64,000 bases of DNA. Source: Emiliania huxleyi CCMP1516. Lineage: Eukaryota. Below the pieces are notes generated by a model. It was given only the letters and a program-made list of their open reading frames with translations, had not been told where the DNA came from and did not search any database. Positions within the stretch are counted from its first letter, which is position 1. Every line of letters starts with the position of its first letter. The stretch lies in assembly GCF_000372725.1 (NCBI RefSeq), contig NW_005201912.1, positions 1-64,000 of the forward strand, read 5' to 3'. Of this stretch, positions 46,554-59,207 are shown piece by piece. The translations under genes were made by a program, and so were the position numbers.

Positions 46554-47476
46554 GTGGGGAAATCGGACAGTCTTGTACGTGGTAGATCTTTGACAAGGAC
46601 TAGCCGCTCACGATCTGGTACCGCATCGATGAGTTCCAGCTCATCTCCCTCAAGATCATCGCCGAGGCGCCGCACGGGCCACGGCCGGCCGCTCCGCAGT
46701 CCTCTCTATCTCCCGACCGCCCCCACTTGAACCACAGGCGGTGCTCCTCTGCTCGCCCATCTATCTGAACCAGACCTCCCTCCCGCTCTGCGTGTTGGGC
46801 GAGCTCGAGAGCCAGTCGCTCGCCTTCTCCGAACAGACCACGGCTCCCTGAGAACGCACACAACGCCTCGGAGCACCCAGCTCTTGGGGGCAGCACACCG
46901 CTCGTGGAGGAGTCTACACCAAGGCGCTCCCTTTGGAGAGGGGAGGCCCGCTCTCCTCACCGTCTGCCGGCCGCTCTGCTTCCCGTCCGAGCGGTGTCGG
47001 CGGTACCACACGGCGCGCCCGGCCCGTCGCCTCCGCCTCCTCGAGCTCGATCATCAAGTGTGGTACACATCTGTGTCTGTCTCGGCTCTCGCTATATCGT
47101 ATCACACACTCCAGCGTGCGCCGGGGCCCGCGCGCCGCCGCCGGCGGACACCGCGCAGGCTGCCCTCAGGCGCTCTCACCTCTCAGCCCTAAACATTCAC
47201 TCTTTACTTACATAAATAAAAACGGACACCTCTCTCTGTCAGCCGTCACTGCAGTGTATTGATATCTTATTTCTACAATTGTATTTTTGTGCATTGTGGG
47301 CTGAGTGAACAACAGATGAGATCTTGAGTGTTGAGAGATGGGTTTGGGCGCCGCTTGACGGCCGGGGCGCGGGGCACGCGCCCACGCTGGTGCCTCGCAC
47401 ACACCCGTTAGCGACACCGATATAGCATGGGGGGGTCCCACTCCCAGTTTCTGTGCGCGCCCCTGGCGTAAATACC

Positions 47477-50400
47477 TCAACGGACACACAACACACAACT
47501 GTCACGACTCCTGGCCCAAAGCCAGGAGGCCGTCCTCGTCGTCCCCGAACGAGACACCGCTCGGCAGCCGCCGCACCTGGCCAACGGGCGGCGGGTGGTG
47601 CGGCTCGGCGGCGCCTCCAGCGGAGCAGCTCTGCGCGTCGTTGTCCACGTCGATCGCCGCGGCGCGCAGTTGGGCGTCGCGCTCCTGCAGAGCGGACGGG
47701 CACAAGCGAGTAAGGCTGGAAGGCAGCCGAGAGGAAGGCGCCGAGAGGTCGCCGAGAGGTCGCCGACAAGTAGCCGAGTGGTGCCCGAGATATGACCGAG
47801 AGGATGCCGAGAGGTCGCCGAGGTGCAGCAAAGTGGAGAGCTGGCGCGCGCCTCGCGGCTGCGGCTGCCGCCGAACTGGACATCGCCGCCCCCGCCGCCC
47901 GCCGCCGCGCCCTCGGCGAGGCCCTGGTCTGCCGGGCCGGCGCCGCTGCGGGCGGGCTCAGAGGGGCGGCTCACCTTTGCCGGCTGCCCCTCCACCTTCA
48001 CCACCACGCCGTTGAAGTCGCCGCCGCCGCTCTCCCGCTCGCGCCTCCGCTTGACGGAGTCGATCAGCTCGCGCGCCTGTGACATGATAGCAGCGGCGTG
48101 AGAGTCTGAGTTTCGGGCTAGATCTGAGGTAGATCTCGGCTGGATCTCGCGCGCCCGGCCGAGGGCCTCGGAGGAGCCAGGCGTGAGACCACCACCTCCT
48201 CCGCCTCCTGGGCCTTGCGCTGGTCGCGGCATCTGCTGTCCGCGGTGCGGCATCTGCATCGGCCCTCCTCCGCTCTGCATGCCTCCTCCTTGCATGCCCC
48301 CGCCCCGCATCTGCTGCATCATCAGCATCTGCTGCTGCATCATCTGCTGCTGCTGCATCATCTGCTGCTGCAGCATGGCTTGCTGCTGGAACCAGGCCTG
48401 CTTCGGCGTGTTGCACTTGAAGCAGCTGTGCCGCGAGGCGAAGACGTTGGCGCTGCAGTTCGGGCACACCCAGTCGCCCGGCCGGTGCCCGTGGCCGCCG
48501 TTGTTGTCGTTGGGCATGCCCCCGCCACCGCCAAAGCCCATCCCCCCCATGGGCACCCCGCCCATGGGCATCCCGCCCATGGGCATCCCGCCCATGGGCA
48601 TCCCGCCCATGGGCATCCCCCCCATCCCTCCAAAGCCGCCGCCGCCGCCCATCCCGCCGCACATGCCGAAGCCGCACCCCATCCCGCCGCCGCAGAACCC
48701 GGCCGCACCCATGCCGCCACCGCCGCCCATGCCGCCACCGCCGCAGCTTCCCATCGCTGCGCCCGCTGCTGCGGCGGTGGCGGCGCCCGCACTGGCGGTG
48801 GTGGCGGCGGAGGGAGAGGAGACGGCGGCTGGTGGCGCACCCGCCGTCGCCGGCTCGAGCGGCCCCCAATCGTCGTCTGGCGCCGCCGCTGCTGCCGACT
48901 CGCTCTTGACGACGCCAGAGGCGGCGGCGCCCGCCTCCGGGACGAACGTCTCTGCGGCGTTCGCCGCCGGCTCGGCGGCCGCGTCCGCCTTTGCGTGCTT
49001 GACGTCCTCGTAGAGCGCGCGCAGCATCTCGCGCGCGTGCTTGTTTGGCACGACCTCGTCCACGCGCACGCCCGTGGTCGCGCAGAGCACGCAGCGCGTC
49101 CCTCCCGACGCGGGGTCCTCCACCAGCGCCTGCGTGAGCGCGCTGCCCGAGACGGAGGCGCCGCAGCAGGGCAGCACGACCTGCGGGGCGGCGTGGACGT
49201 GTCCAGGAGGTGTGATGCGGGTGCCGCGGAGGTGTGTGGTGGCGCAGGTGTGTGGTGGTGTGTGGTGGCGCAGGTGTGTGGTGGCGCATGCACCGGGTCC
49301 TCGAAGAGCCGCTTGGTGATCGGGCACTTGAGCTCTTCCGGCACGTGCTCCGCGTCTACCTTCTCGAGGCTCTTTGCCGTCACGCGCGAGAACTTCTTCT
49401 CGTCGGCAACCTGTTGCGGGGATGGCCGTTGCTCACCCATGATGGTCGCTATGGTCGCCATGGGCAGGGGCACCCTCTCTCCCCCTNNNNNNNNNNNNNN
49501 NNNNNNNNNNNNNNNNNNNNNNNNNNNNNNNNNNNNNNNNNNNNNNNNNNNNNNNNNNNNNNNNNNNNNNNNNNNNNNNNNNNNNNATGTGACGACCGGA
49601 GCGCAGCCACCCGCCGCAGCATCAGTAGCGGGGGGGTCGGGGGGAGGGGTGGGCAAGGTGTCATGGGGGGGGGGGGTGAGAGGGGGGGTGAGAGGGGGTG
49701 GCGCCGGTGGCACGAGAGGGAGGCGGCGCGGCGGCGGTGCGCCCTCTAGCGCCGTCCGGGACTGCGTCGCGCGGCCATGGCAGTGTTTGGGCGGCTCTCT
49801 CGGGCGGCGAGCCTTGGGGGATGCCGACTGGCGCCCGGCGCGCGTGCGTCGCGGTGTTCTCATCCCCGCCGTCGGCGACCGAGTTGTTTGGGCAGTCCTG
49901 GATGAAGTGGCCCGGCTGGCGGCAGCGGTAGCAGATGTAGGACGGCGGCGGCACCCGCCCGCTCCCACCCCGCCCCGGCGCGGGCGGGGGCATGCCGCGG
50001 CCTCGGCCCGCCGCCTACCGGCGAGAGGTTGGGAGGGCGGGTGGGTGGGTGCGCGTCGGCCAGAGGGGAGTGGGGAGGCGGGGTGGAGACGCGCGCGCCG
50101 CCTGGCCATCATCTCCGGTGATCTCGGCAACATCTCGACACCATCTCGGCGCCTGGCCAGCGGACTCGGCATCTCGGCTGGTCTCGCTGCGCCTGGCCGG
50201 GGTGGCGCGCGTAGTACGGCTTTTGCCACTCGCTCGACGCGGCGCTCATCATCTGCTTGATGCGCGCCGCCTCCGCCTCGTCCGCCTAGCGCCCACACGT
50301 AGAGGAGCGCTGTGAAGGGCGCGTCTTCACAGCGACAGCTGTGAAAAGCTTCCTCTGGAGTGCTCGGAAGGCTCTCTCACGACTCTGCCTGCACGGCCGC

Positions 50401-52477
50401 GCCGCCGCCCGGCGCCGGGGGCGGCATCGCAGCAGGCATACGTCTGGGCGTAGAGAGCGAGGTCGTCGAGGCGGAACTGCACGCGGCGGCCGGCGGCGGC
50501 GGCGGCGGCGGCGCCGTTGACGCCTGGAGAGCACATGGCACAGGCGGCGAGAGTCACGCAGGCGCGGTGAAAGGCCCGCCCCTTTGGCCCATCTCGGACC
50601 CTCGAGCGTTTGCCCCCTCTCTCTCGCCCCGCTGCCGCGAGAGCGCACAACCACACCCTCCCCCAGCGTCCCCGCACAGCAGAGACCACACGCGCGCGCA
50701 CGCACGCGCGCACACCGGTTTACACGCGCGTGCTGCGCACACACCACCCGCTTTACCGCGCGCGCGCACACCACACTGCTAGCGCCCAGTCCCCCCCCTC
50801 TCTCGTACTCCATACGGCGGAGAAAAGTGCGCGCGACGTGTGCGGCGCTTCTTTGTGTGTGGAGAGGACGCGTGCGTGCAGAGCAGACACAGAGAGAGAC
50901 TCACTTTCGAAGGCACGGGTGCCGGCGCGCAGGCAGAGGCGGCGGAGGCAGAGGCGGCGGAGGAGGCGGCGTAGCTGCGAGACGGAGAGTGAGCGGCACG
51001 GTGAAGGAACGAAGGGGGGGGCGGGCGCGGTCACGAGGGGCGGGGCAGGGCGGGGCGGGGCGGGGCGGGGCGGGGCGGGGCGGGGCGGGCCGGGGCGGGG
51101 GTGAAGTAGGGGGGGCAGGAGAGGGGGGGGGCTGAGATGCGGCGCAGAGGGAGAGCGAGGCGGGTCAGAAGCGGCGCGCGGAGCGGGCTGCCCCCTCCCC
51201 TCCCTCGGGAGGGGGGGCGATGACACGCGCGGCGGCGGCGGCGGGGGCTGGCGCCAAAGGCGGCGGAACGGGACCGCCAGCGAGAGCGGGGGGAGGGCTG
51301 GCGGCGGGGGAAGCTGCGGCGGGAAACGGCGGCGGGAGGCGGCAGCGGCGGCTGTGCAGCGCCGAGAGCGGCAGCGGGGGGCAGCGAGGAGAGAGGGGGG
51401 TAGGTGTGCGAGTCGGAATCGGGAGCATAACAACTGCCAACGCGGGAGCACAGAAGCCTCGAACACCTCTGCTCCTCTCTGCTCCTAGCTCTGCCCCTCG
51501 CTCTGCCCCCGGCTCCGACACGGCCGCCGTGCATGCCTCGGACGTGTCTCGGACGTGTCGCGCACATGCCGCGGAGGCGTCCAGGGCGCGTCCCCGGCGC
51601 CTCGCGGCCGTCCCTCTCCGTGCGCTCGCGCCCGCACGGCGGCGCGGGGCCGCGACGGGCCGCCGAAGGGCGACGGCGGTCCGGAGGGGCGGGGGGAGGG
51701 GAAAGAGGGAAGAGGGGGAAGGGGAGGGGAAGGGGGGGGGGGGAGCGGGGAGGAGCGGGGAGCGGAGGAGGGGGGAGGGGGGAGGGGGAGCAGGGAGGGA
51801 GAGAGTCGTCGCACTTTGCTCCTCCGCCACTGGCGAGCGAGCGAGGGACGCGGCGAAACAGCAGGCGGGCCCCGGACGGTACGGCGGCGGCGTCCGCGTA
51901 GACTGCAAACACAGGGGGGTGGAGGGAGTGGGAGCAGGGCCCCGGGGGGGGGGGGGTCAAGGGGCGATGAAAGGTGTGGTCACCGCATACACACCCTCCC
52001 CCCCCCCCCCACACACACAAACACCCTCGCACGCTGCAGGGTGACAGAGCTTCTTCGGCCAGGCTGTGCAGGCGAGGATGCCAGCGGCAGCGCCGCGCCC
52101 CCAAAAGCAATGCATGGCCCCCATACGCCGCCCTCCCCTCTCCGCCCTTCTCAACATAACGGCGCACCCTCGGACGTGGTTGCGTTGGTGAGCACGAGCC
52201 CGAACGCGGCCGGCACCCCCTTGGCCGCCGTGATCGCCTACGGGGGTGGCGAGCACGCTTCGATGAGCACGGCGCGCGCGCAAGTTTTGTGGTGGCGCTG
52301 CGTCGGTGAGTGCAACGGAAGTGGTCGCGCTCGAGTGCGCGCGCGCGTAAAGCGTGCGCGCGCGTGCGCGCACGTGCGCGCCTGCTTGAGGTCCGCGACC
52401 GAGATCTCGGAGAGGGCGCCGAGCGAGTGCGAGCTGTATTCGATGTCCGACTTGAACTTGAAGAGGACCTCGGACAT
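47477..52477 (-). CDS. RBBP6/Mpe1-like protein (DWNN, CCHC knuckle, RING/U-box-like) with an extra RanBP2-type Zn finger
   Basis: ATG 52477 MSEVLFKFKS..ISVADLKQ (DWNN); PPPSYICYRCRQPGHFIQDCP; VPEELKCPIT..FEDP|VVLPCCG; RPGDWVCPNC..VFASRHSCFKCNTPK; exon structure and 3' end approximate. Confidence 0.82.
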
Positions 52478-52814
52478 GGGTTGTGAGGAAAGGAGGAGCG
52501 GGCGCGACAACCAGGTTCGTTGTGAAGACTAATAAATAAACCCACAGATGCGCACCTCTACTAGGAGATGGGTAAAAAGGAAGAACAGGAACAGGAGGTC
52601 CCCGCCCTCCGGTCTTTTGTGCAGGGTTCTTTGTGGGTGTGGTCGGCGACTAGCCGGGGTCGTCCTCCCGATGGGGGACTAGCACTAGCCGTCTTCCACA
52701 TGGTCCCTCGTTGTGAAGACTGGCGCTGGGGGGGGGGGGGGGGCACCCAAGAACCTCACTATGCGGATCGGCAAAGGCGCGACGCGTCGATTGACGATCT
52801 ATGCTTTTGACCTA

Positions 52815-53826
52815 TCAGTCTCCCAACATGTGTGTGACATTAGTCAAAGAACTCACTTCACGGCGGTCCGCACGTGAGCCCCGCGGCGCGGCGCGGCGCA
52901 CGTCCTGCAACGCCTGTCCACACTCCTCGGGAGCACACACACGGACATGAAGCGCGCACGCGGCCCAATGGCCGTGCACGAGCAGCAGCGCAAGCGCCGC
53001 CAACCGCACCGACACTTTTGACCGCGTGCCGCACTTCCCGAATCCCTTCACACCCCACTGTCGCGCAATGTGCCGGCTGGTGTGCGGCTTCTGCCACGCC
53101 CATTCGAAAGCGAGCGCATCACTCTTCGAGGAGAAGCCGCGCACAACGAGAAGAATGCGCCACGGCCGTCCCGCGGCGGGCGCGCCACCTCCCGAGAGCT
53201 CGCCGTTGTGCTGGCGCAGTCGTCGGACGGGGTCGGGGCTCGCACCGACGTAAGTCCTCCGACCGCTCGAGTCTCGCAGGAAGTAGACGCGCCACGCCGA
53301 ATCCAACTCCTCCTCCTCCTCCTCCTCAGCCTCGTCGTCGACGAGCGCGTTGCCGTCTCGCTCGTCCTCCTCGTCGCTGTCTCCGTCCTCCGCGTCGAGA
53401 TCCACCTCGGTGACCGTCGCGCCGAGCGTGCGGAGGAAGTCGGCGAGGGTGCCAGTCAAGGCGGTTTGGGCGGCGATGGGAAGCACCCAGGCTGTCTTGA
53501 TGATGCTCATCAGGCCGTCCGGGCCGGGGAAGACGAGGTCCACGTAGTCTACCGTGGGGAACTTGGCCTTGACGTAGTCCTTGACGTGTTCTTCTTCGTC
53601 TCAAACTGCGTCGCCGACCTGGCGAGCGTGAACTCGAGTGGCTTGACGGCGGGGTTGTCCATGGGCGAGACGTCGAGCTCGGGGTTGAGCCGCTTCGCCG
53701 TCGCGCGGAGATCAGGTGCGCCCTTCTGATATCCCACCTTTCTACCATGGCATGTATCGAGCGTGCTTCGCCGACGAGGAGGACCGCCGCCGAGGCGCAG
53801 GCTTCACTCTGCTTGTACTTCGCCAT
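52815..53826 (-). CDS. SLX1-like GIY-YIG nuclease with a frameshifted N-terminal extension
   Basis: VYFLRD..RTYVGASPDPVRRLRQHNGELSGG..GRPW..VRGF..ALAFEWAWQKP; upstream frames break near 53600 and 53730. Confidence 0.75.
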
Positions 53827-54003
53827 ACCGGATACAGATACTCTTCATTGAGCTCATCCCGCCATCATGCAACATTCATGCAACAAGCATTTCGCTCGGT
53901 TTTGAATCCGTCTAGCCGTTTGAATATTTAACCGTTCATCAGGAATCATCACGCATTTTTGATTACAGAAAGAGCACAAATCGCATCAGTTGTTGATGTT
54001 TTA

Positions 54004-54453
<450 letters not shown>

Positions 54454-55932
54454 TTACAATCCCGGTACTCCGCCGAGCTGTGGTGCCCACATTGAATGCC
54501 GTACAGGTCGTTCTCCGTGCATCCGAAACGGCCGCGGCAACCGCGTTTAACCCACACGTCGCCCGCTCCGGTGCAACCAAAAGTTTTGTTTGGCATCCTC
54601 CGCCTCCCCCCCCCCGCCTCCTCCCCCCCCCCTCCGGCCGTGGCCATGCAGCATGCCCTATCACTAAGTCAAGCAGCCCCCGCTCGGTGTTGCCGAAGGC
54701 GACAAAAGCCCCCTTCCAGCCGAGCTGGTCGCCACCCTTGCACGCAAGCGAACTCGTAAGTTTCAAGTCGCCAACGAGGCGCGCATGCCCTTTGCCGATG
54801 TTCGCCGCCGCCACGTCAGGTTGTTTTGGGTTACTGTAACTGAATAAGAAACCGAACAAACAGATCGCCTCCTCATCGCAAACCCTGTCAGCAGTTCACC
54901 TACAAGAGCTACATACCCTGAAAAAGAAAGAAAGTGCTCGACACAAGTGACACATGGACCTCGCCCGAGCACAGGCCACCGGCGCCGGTCGTCGACTTTG
55001 TGAAAGAATTGGAGCCGGACTGATTTTTTTACCTACGGCGCGCGTGGTGCCCCACCCTCGGCCCTCGCAGGATCCAGGAATCGGTGTTGCGGTCTCGCAC
55101 TTCTGAGACACCCGCTCTGCGGAGAGACAGAGAGAGCAAAACTTCTTCTGCCGACACTATAAGAAAGGTCTCCGACTCTAAAGTTCATTGTAAAGTTCAC
55201 CCCCCTCGCCCATGCTCCCCACCCACGACCAGATAGGCACGCTGCCAATGTACTCGACCCAACTCGTCAAAATGAGCGGTCAACGTCCCATCGCCCTCGA
55301 CCACCTTCAGCAGCGTGTAGCCTCCGAATGGGATGCACGTAAGCCCGCAGCATTCCCAACGGACGCCCCGGCGCCAGGCGCTGCCGTCGAGGGCAGGGTT
55401 GCCCTCCCGCACCTCCTCCAGCGAGTACGACTGGGAGACAGGCCACGAGCACGGCGCGCAGCAGCGCCAGAGCGGCCGCAGCGCCTGCCCAGGAGTCCGC
55501 CGTGGCGGGTGCCGTAGAACCCGTACCCCCAACCGTTCAGGATATTCACGCGCGGATCTCCGACAAAGGCTTCGAGCCGTGCAGACGACTTGCTCCCGTC
55601 GATCGGTGTTGCGTCGAACTGCGCAGCCAGGGGGTGACGCTCGTGCTGTCGAATGTTGTGCCCGCGTCGTTGAGCATGGTGTGTGCCATTCCCTCGGCCA
55701 TAAAGTTGGAGTACCTCGAGGTACAGGTTTCCGTTGAACGGCGCGCCCGCCGGCCTGCCGTCTGGCCATCCCCAGGAAAGGGGCGCGACCGGAGTGAGCA
55801 GCGTGCACTCGCTGGCGTCCCAGCGGCCATACTGCACCCCCACAGCCAGCCTACCCTCCTATCGCGCCACTCGACGCCCCGCGGCCTCCTCTCGCCTACC
55901 GCGCTGCCCTCGCCGGCCACCGCACCGCCCGC

Positions 55933-56130
55933 GCTCCAGCCTAACCAGCTTTGTGCTCCAGCCTAACCAGCTCTATGCTCCAGCCTAACCAGCCCTGTGC
56001 CCCAGCCTAACCAGCAGCCTAACCAGCTCTGTGCTCCAGCCCAACCAGCTCTGCGCCCCAGCCTAACAAGAGCTCTCCAGCCTAACCAGTGCTCCAGTAA
56101 CCAGCTCTGTGCTCCAGCTAACCAGCTCTG
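55933..56130. repeat. Minisatellite CCAGCCTAACCAGCT(CTGTGCT)
   Basis: About 9 copies by direct reading. Confidence 0.9.
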
Positions 56131-56667
56131 CATCTCGCAACACACACATGACAGGGACAGACCAGGCGCAGGAAAAGGGAGCGGGGCCCGAATCCAAGGG
56201 ACCACCCCGTCGGGCTGAGGAGCTGTGAACTCAGGACCAGTAGGAAGGCTGCTGGCTCCTGACTCATCCCCCAAATCCCCCACCCCTGTGGCCTGAAACC
56301 TTACCATTCCACCACCTCACACACACCCCTCCCCTAGGGCTAAGCAGTGCGCGAGCCCACCCGACTTCAGGCGAGACGTCGACCACTCCTCGGGAATAGT
56401 TCTGTCAGTGGCTGCACTAGACGCCCATAGAGGCGCGCGGCGCGGGCGGATGACTAGGGGAGAAAAAGCGGAGATCCTAGCTCGCTGGGAGACGTGCGCG
56501 CAACCTAGAGTTGGGAATAGGGGAGAAGTGTCAGTGTGAGGGGAGGGCTTACGCCGGCGTTTTTGCCTTTGAAAACTGAACAGTTTTTTTTTGGAAACCC
56601 TTGTTCAAAGCCGACCCTAAGCGCCATCCTTCCTGCTCTCACTTGATGCTGCTTCCCCCTGAGCCCT

Positions 56668-56810
56668 GGTTGTCAGGCTGTTCAGGTGCTGTCAGGTGAT
56701 CTGTCGGGCTGTCGGGCACTGTCAGGCACTGTCAGGTAGGTGCCTCTGTCAGACCAGCTGTCAGGTGCTGTCAGTGCTATTGGGTGCTGTCGGGTGCGTG
56801 TCTGACATCA
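56668..56810. repeat. CTGTCAGG-type short repeat cluster
   Basis: About 10 degenerate copies; resembles a transposon subterminal array. Confidence 0.7.
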
Positions 56811-57091
56811 GAGGTGCTCTGTAGCAACAGCGACTCAACGATAACATTGGACACGGGACTGGCGCCCACTGGCGGATGAAAGAACGTAGAGTTCCAGAGA
56901 GAGCACTTGGACTTGCAACTCAACACGCGCACAACGGCAAACGGGAAGAGCAGACCTGGCAGTGCCCGAGTGGCACCCCGGAGTGGCCCAACCAAGGCAC
57001 ACGCATTAGCGAAACGCGTCACTCAATCGCGAGCGTCTTGTGGACGGACACAGTGTACACCCCCCCCCCCCCCCCCACTTCACTATGGGTT

Positions 57092-58594
57092 CTAGTGCGG
57101 GTACCGGGCGAACTCGGCGTACGCGGTGGGGTCGAGCTCGCACCAGAATGACTCGCAAACACCCTTTTCGAAGACCTCGCGCCCATTCTTGCAGAGCACG
57201 GCGAGCATGGACACCTCATGGATGAAGACGGACGAGACCGTGAAGGCCGGCTCATTCCAGAGATGTTCGAGCCTCAGCTCGCGCGGCGGCATGGCGAACT
57301 GGATCTCGCCCATGAGCGTTCCAGCGGCGCTGGTCCGCTGCGGTTGGCCTGGCAGCTTGCCCTGCATCGCGCAGATAATGTACTGCACTTGCAGGCAATA
57401 GTCCCAATGGTGATTGACGCGGATGAAGTTGAAGCCCGCGCCACTGCAGGAGTCGACGATAACTCTCATGTCGGGTGAACGCCATTTTCCGAACGCTAGG
57501 CCTTTTGCGAGCATGCACTGCTCTACGATCGTAGTATCGTAGCCGAGGAGCACTGGCCCTTTCAGCGGCCGAGCGTTCGGGTGGCCATTCTTGCCCCCGG
57601 TATTCTCGATCCAATTCTTGTCGCAAACCGCGCCGCGGAGTGCTTCATCGAAGAACGTGGCGCGGCCCGCAGGAGAGTGAGGTAGGCAGCTGGTCAGCCG
57701 GAATCTCATGCTGCTGTAAGTCATGCTGCTGTGCAGGATCGCATGGGAACGCCCCACGGTGAGTGGGCCCGAGCGCGGCACGCTCTTTGGAATGGTGTCC
57801 GGCGGCGTCGGCAGCGGCGGCAGATCCGATCGCAAGTGCAGGTCAAATGCCGTACGATGCGGCGTATCGAACTCGCACAGCCCCACTATGATGCGCGTCT
57901 TGCGGTAGCACTTCCCCTCACGGCGCTCCCAAACGACGCCCTCGCAAAACGGCAGCCCAGAGGCTGCCGCGCTCTTGCACGCCGCTTTGCACTCGGCGAG
58001 GGTGCGTGCGCCCGGCACGTCGCTCCCTCGCGGCGAGTCCACCTCCTCCGCGCCGTGGCCGTCCCACCAGCAGTTGCGCCGCTCATGCAGGATCCAGGCG
58101 TCGGGGGGGGTTTGAGGAGGCGGTGGCGGCGGAGGCGAGGGCGGTGGAGGAGGCGGAGGGTGCGGCGATGGCGGCAACGTTGGTGGCGGCGGCGGAGGCG
58201 GCGGCGGAGGAGGCGGCAGCGGCAGCGGCGGAGGCGGCGGCGGCGGCGGCAGCGGCGGCGGCGGCGGCGGCTGCAGCGAGTCGGCACGCTGTTGCGACAA
58301 AGCTGGTGGCGACGGCTCGGCCCGCTTGAGCAAGCACACGGTGTTAGCGAGCGGCAGGGTGTGAGAGACGCGTGCAGGCGCCAAAATCAGTTCGCATGCC
58401 ATGTCCACCCTGCCTCGCTTTTTTGGTGTGGATGCGTGCTGCGCTGCCACACACGCTCCGCTAGCCTCACAGAGCGCCTCGCACTCGGAGAGGCTGATTC
58501 CCCACAAGGCTGGTGCGCCGCCACGCGCGCCGCTGACGGTACGGCACGCACCGGCGGGCCCTCGAAGCGGCTCGAACGGCCTTTTCTGCATCAC
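57092..58594 (-). CDS. PAN/apple-like Cys-rich protein, paralog of 31330-33579
   Basis: N-terminal ~250 aa almost identical to the 31-33 kb gene; C-terminal domain homologous but diverged. Confidence 0.75.
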   Translation of the reverse strand: MMQKRPFEPLRGPAGACRTVSGARGGAPALWGISLSECEALCEASGACVAAQHASTPKKRGRVDMACELILAPARVSHTLPLANTVCLLKRAEPSPPALSQQRADSLQPPPPPPLPPPPPPPPLPLPPPPPPPPPPPPTLPPSPHPPPPPPPSPPPPPPPQTPPDAWILHERRNCWWDGHGAEEVDSPRGSDVPGARTLAECKAACKSAAASGLPFCEGVVWERREGKCYRKTRIIVGLCEFDTPHRTAFDLHLRSDLPPLPTPPDTIPKSVPRSGPLTVGRSHAILHSSMTYSSMRFRLTSCLPHSPAGRATFFDEALRGAVCDKNWIENTGGKNGHPNARPLKGPVLLGYDTTIVEQCMLAKGLAFGKWRSPDMRVIVDSCSGAGFNFIRVNHHWDYCLQVQYIICAMQGKLPGQPQRTSAAGTLMGEIQFAMPPRELRLEHLWNEPAFTVSSVFIHEVSMLAVLCKNGREVFEKGVCESFWCELDPTAYAEFARYPH

Positions 58595-58866
58595 GAGCAG
58601 TGTCGGCGTTCTCCGACCTAGAGTTGTATCACGTTTCCACAACCCGCCATTCACACAAAAAGTCTTCGCCCCCAAGACGCACAAGCAAGCACAGACAGTC
58701 GAGAAGGGAGAGATAGCAACGACAGTCAGAAGCCAGCGCTGGGTACTAGTAGTGGCAGACCGTGTAAAATTGCCCTACCTAGGTACTCCCGTGCGTGTGT
58801 GAGTGAGTATTCTTGATACGAAACCACGACGACACACACCAGTCGACTCGTATCGGTTGCCTCCAT

Positions 58867-59174
58867 GAGAGACTATGGAAAGTTCACGTCATGACGGTTA
58901 AAACGGCTGTTAACCGTCATGACGTGGTCAATATGTCATGACAGCGGCTGCGAAACGACAGCAGCAACGACGGCAGCAACGACAGCTGGTGACAGCTGGT
59001 GACAGCTGGTGACAGCTGGTGACAGCTGGTGACAGCCAGCTGCCAAGGAGGAGTGAAAGGCACCAGGAGCAGTGACAGCCATAGTGACAGTGACAGTGAA
59101 GCCAGTGAATGCCAACGACAGGCGGTGACAATGTCAGCGCGGGGCCCCGCGAGTGACAGCGACAGCGACAGCGT

Positions 59175-59207
<33 letters not shown>

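Noticed and set aside
55933..56130. CCTAAC-containing repeats as telomeric sequence
   Set aside because: Units are GCCTAACCAG within ~22-mers, not tandem CCCTAA
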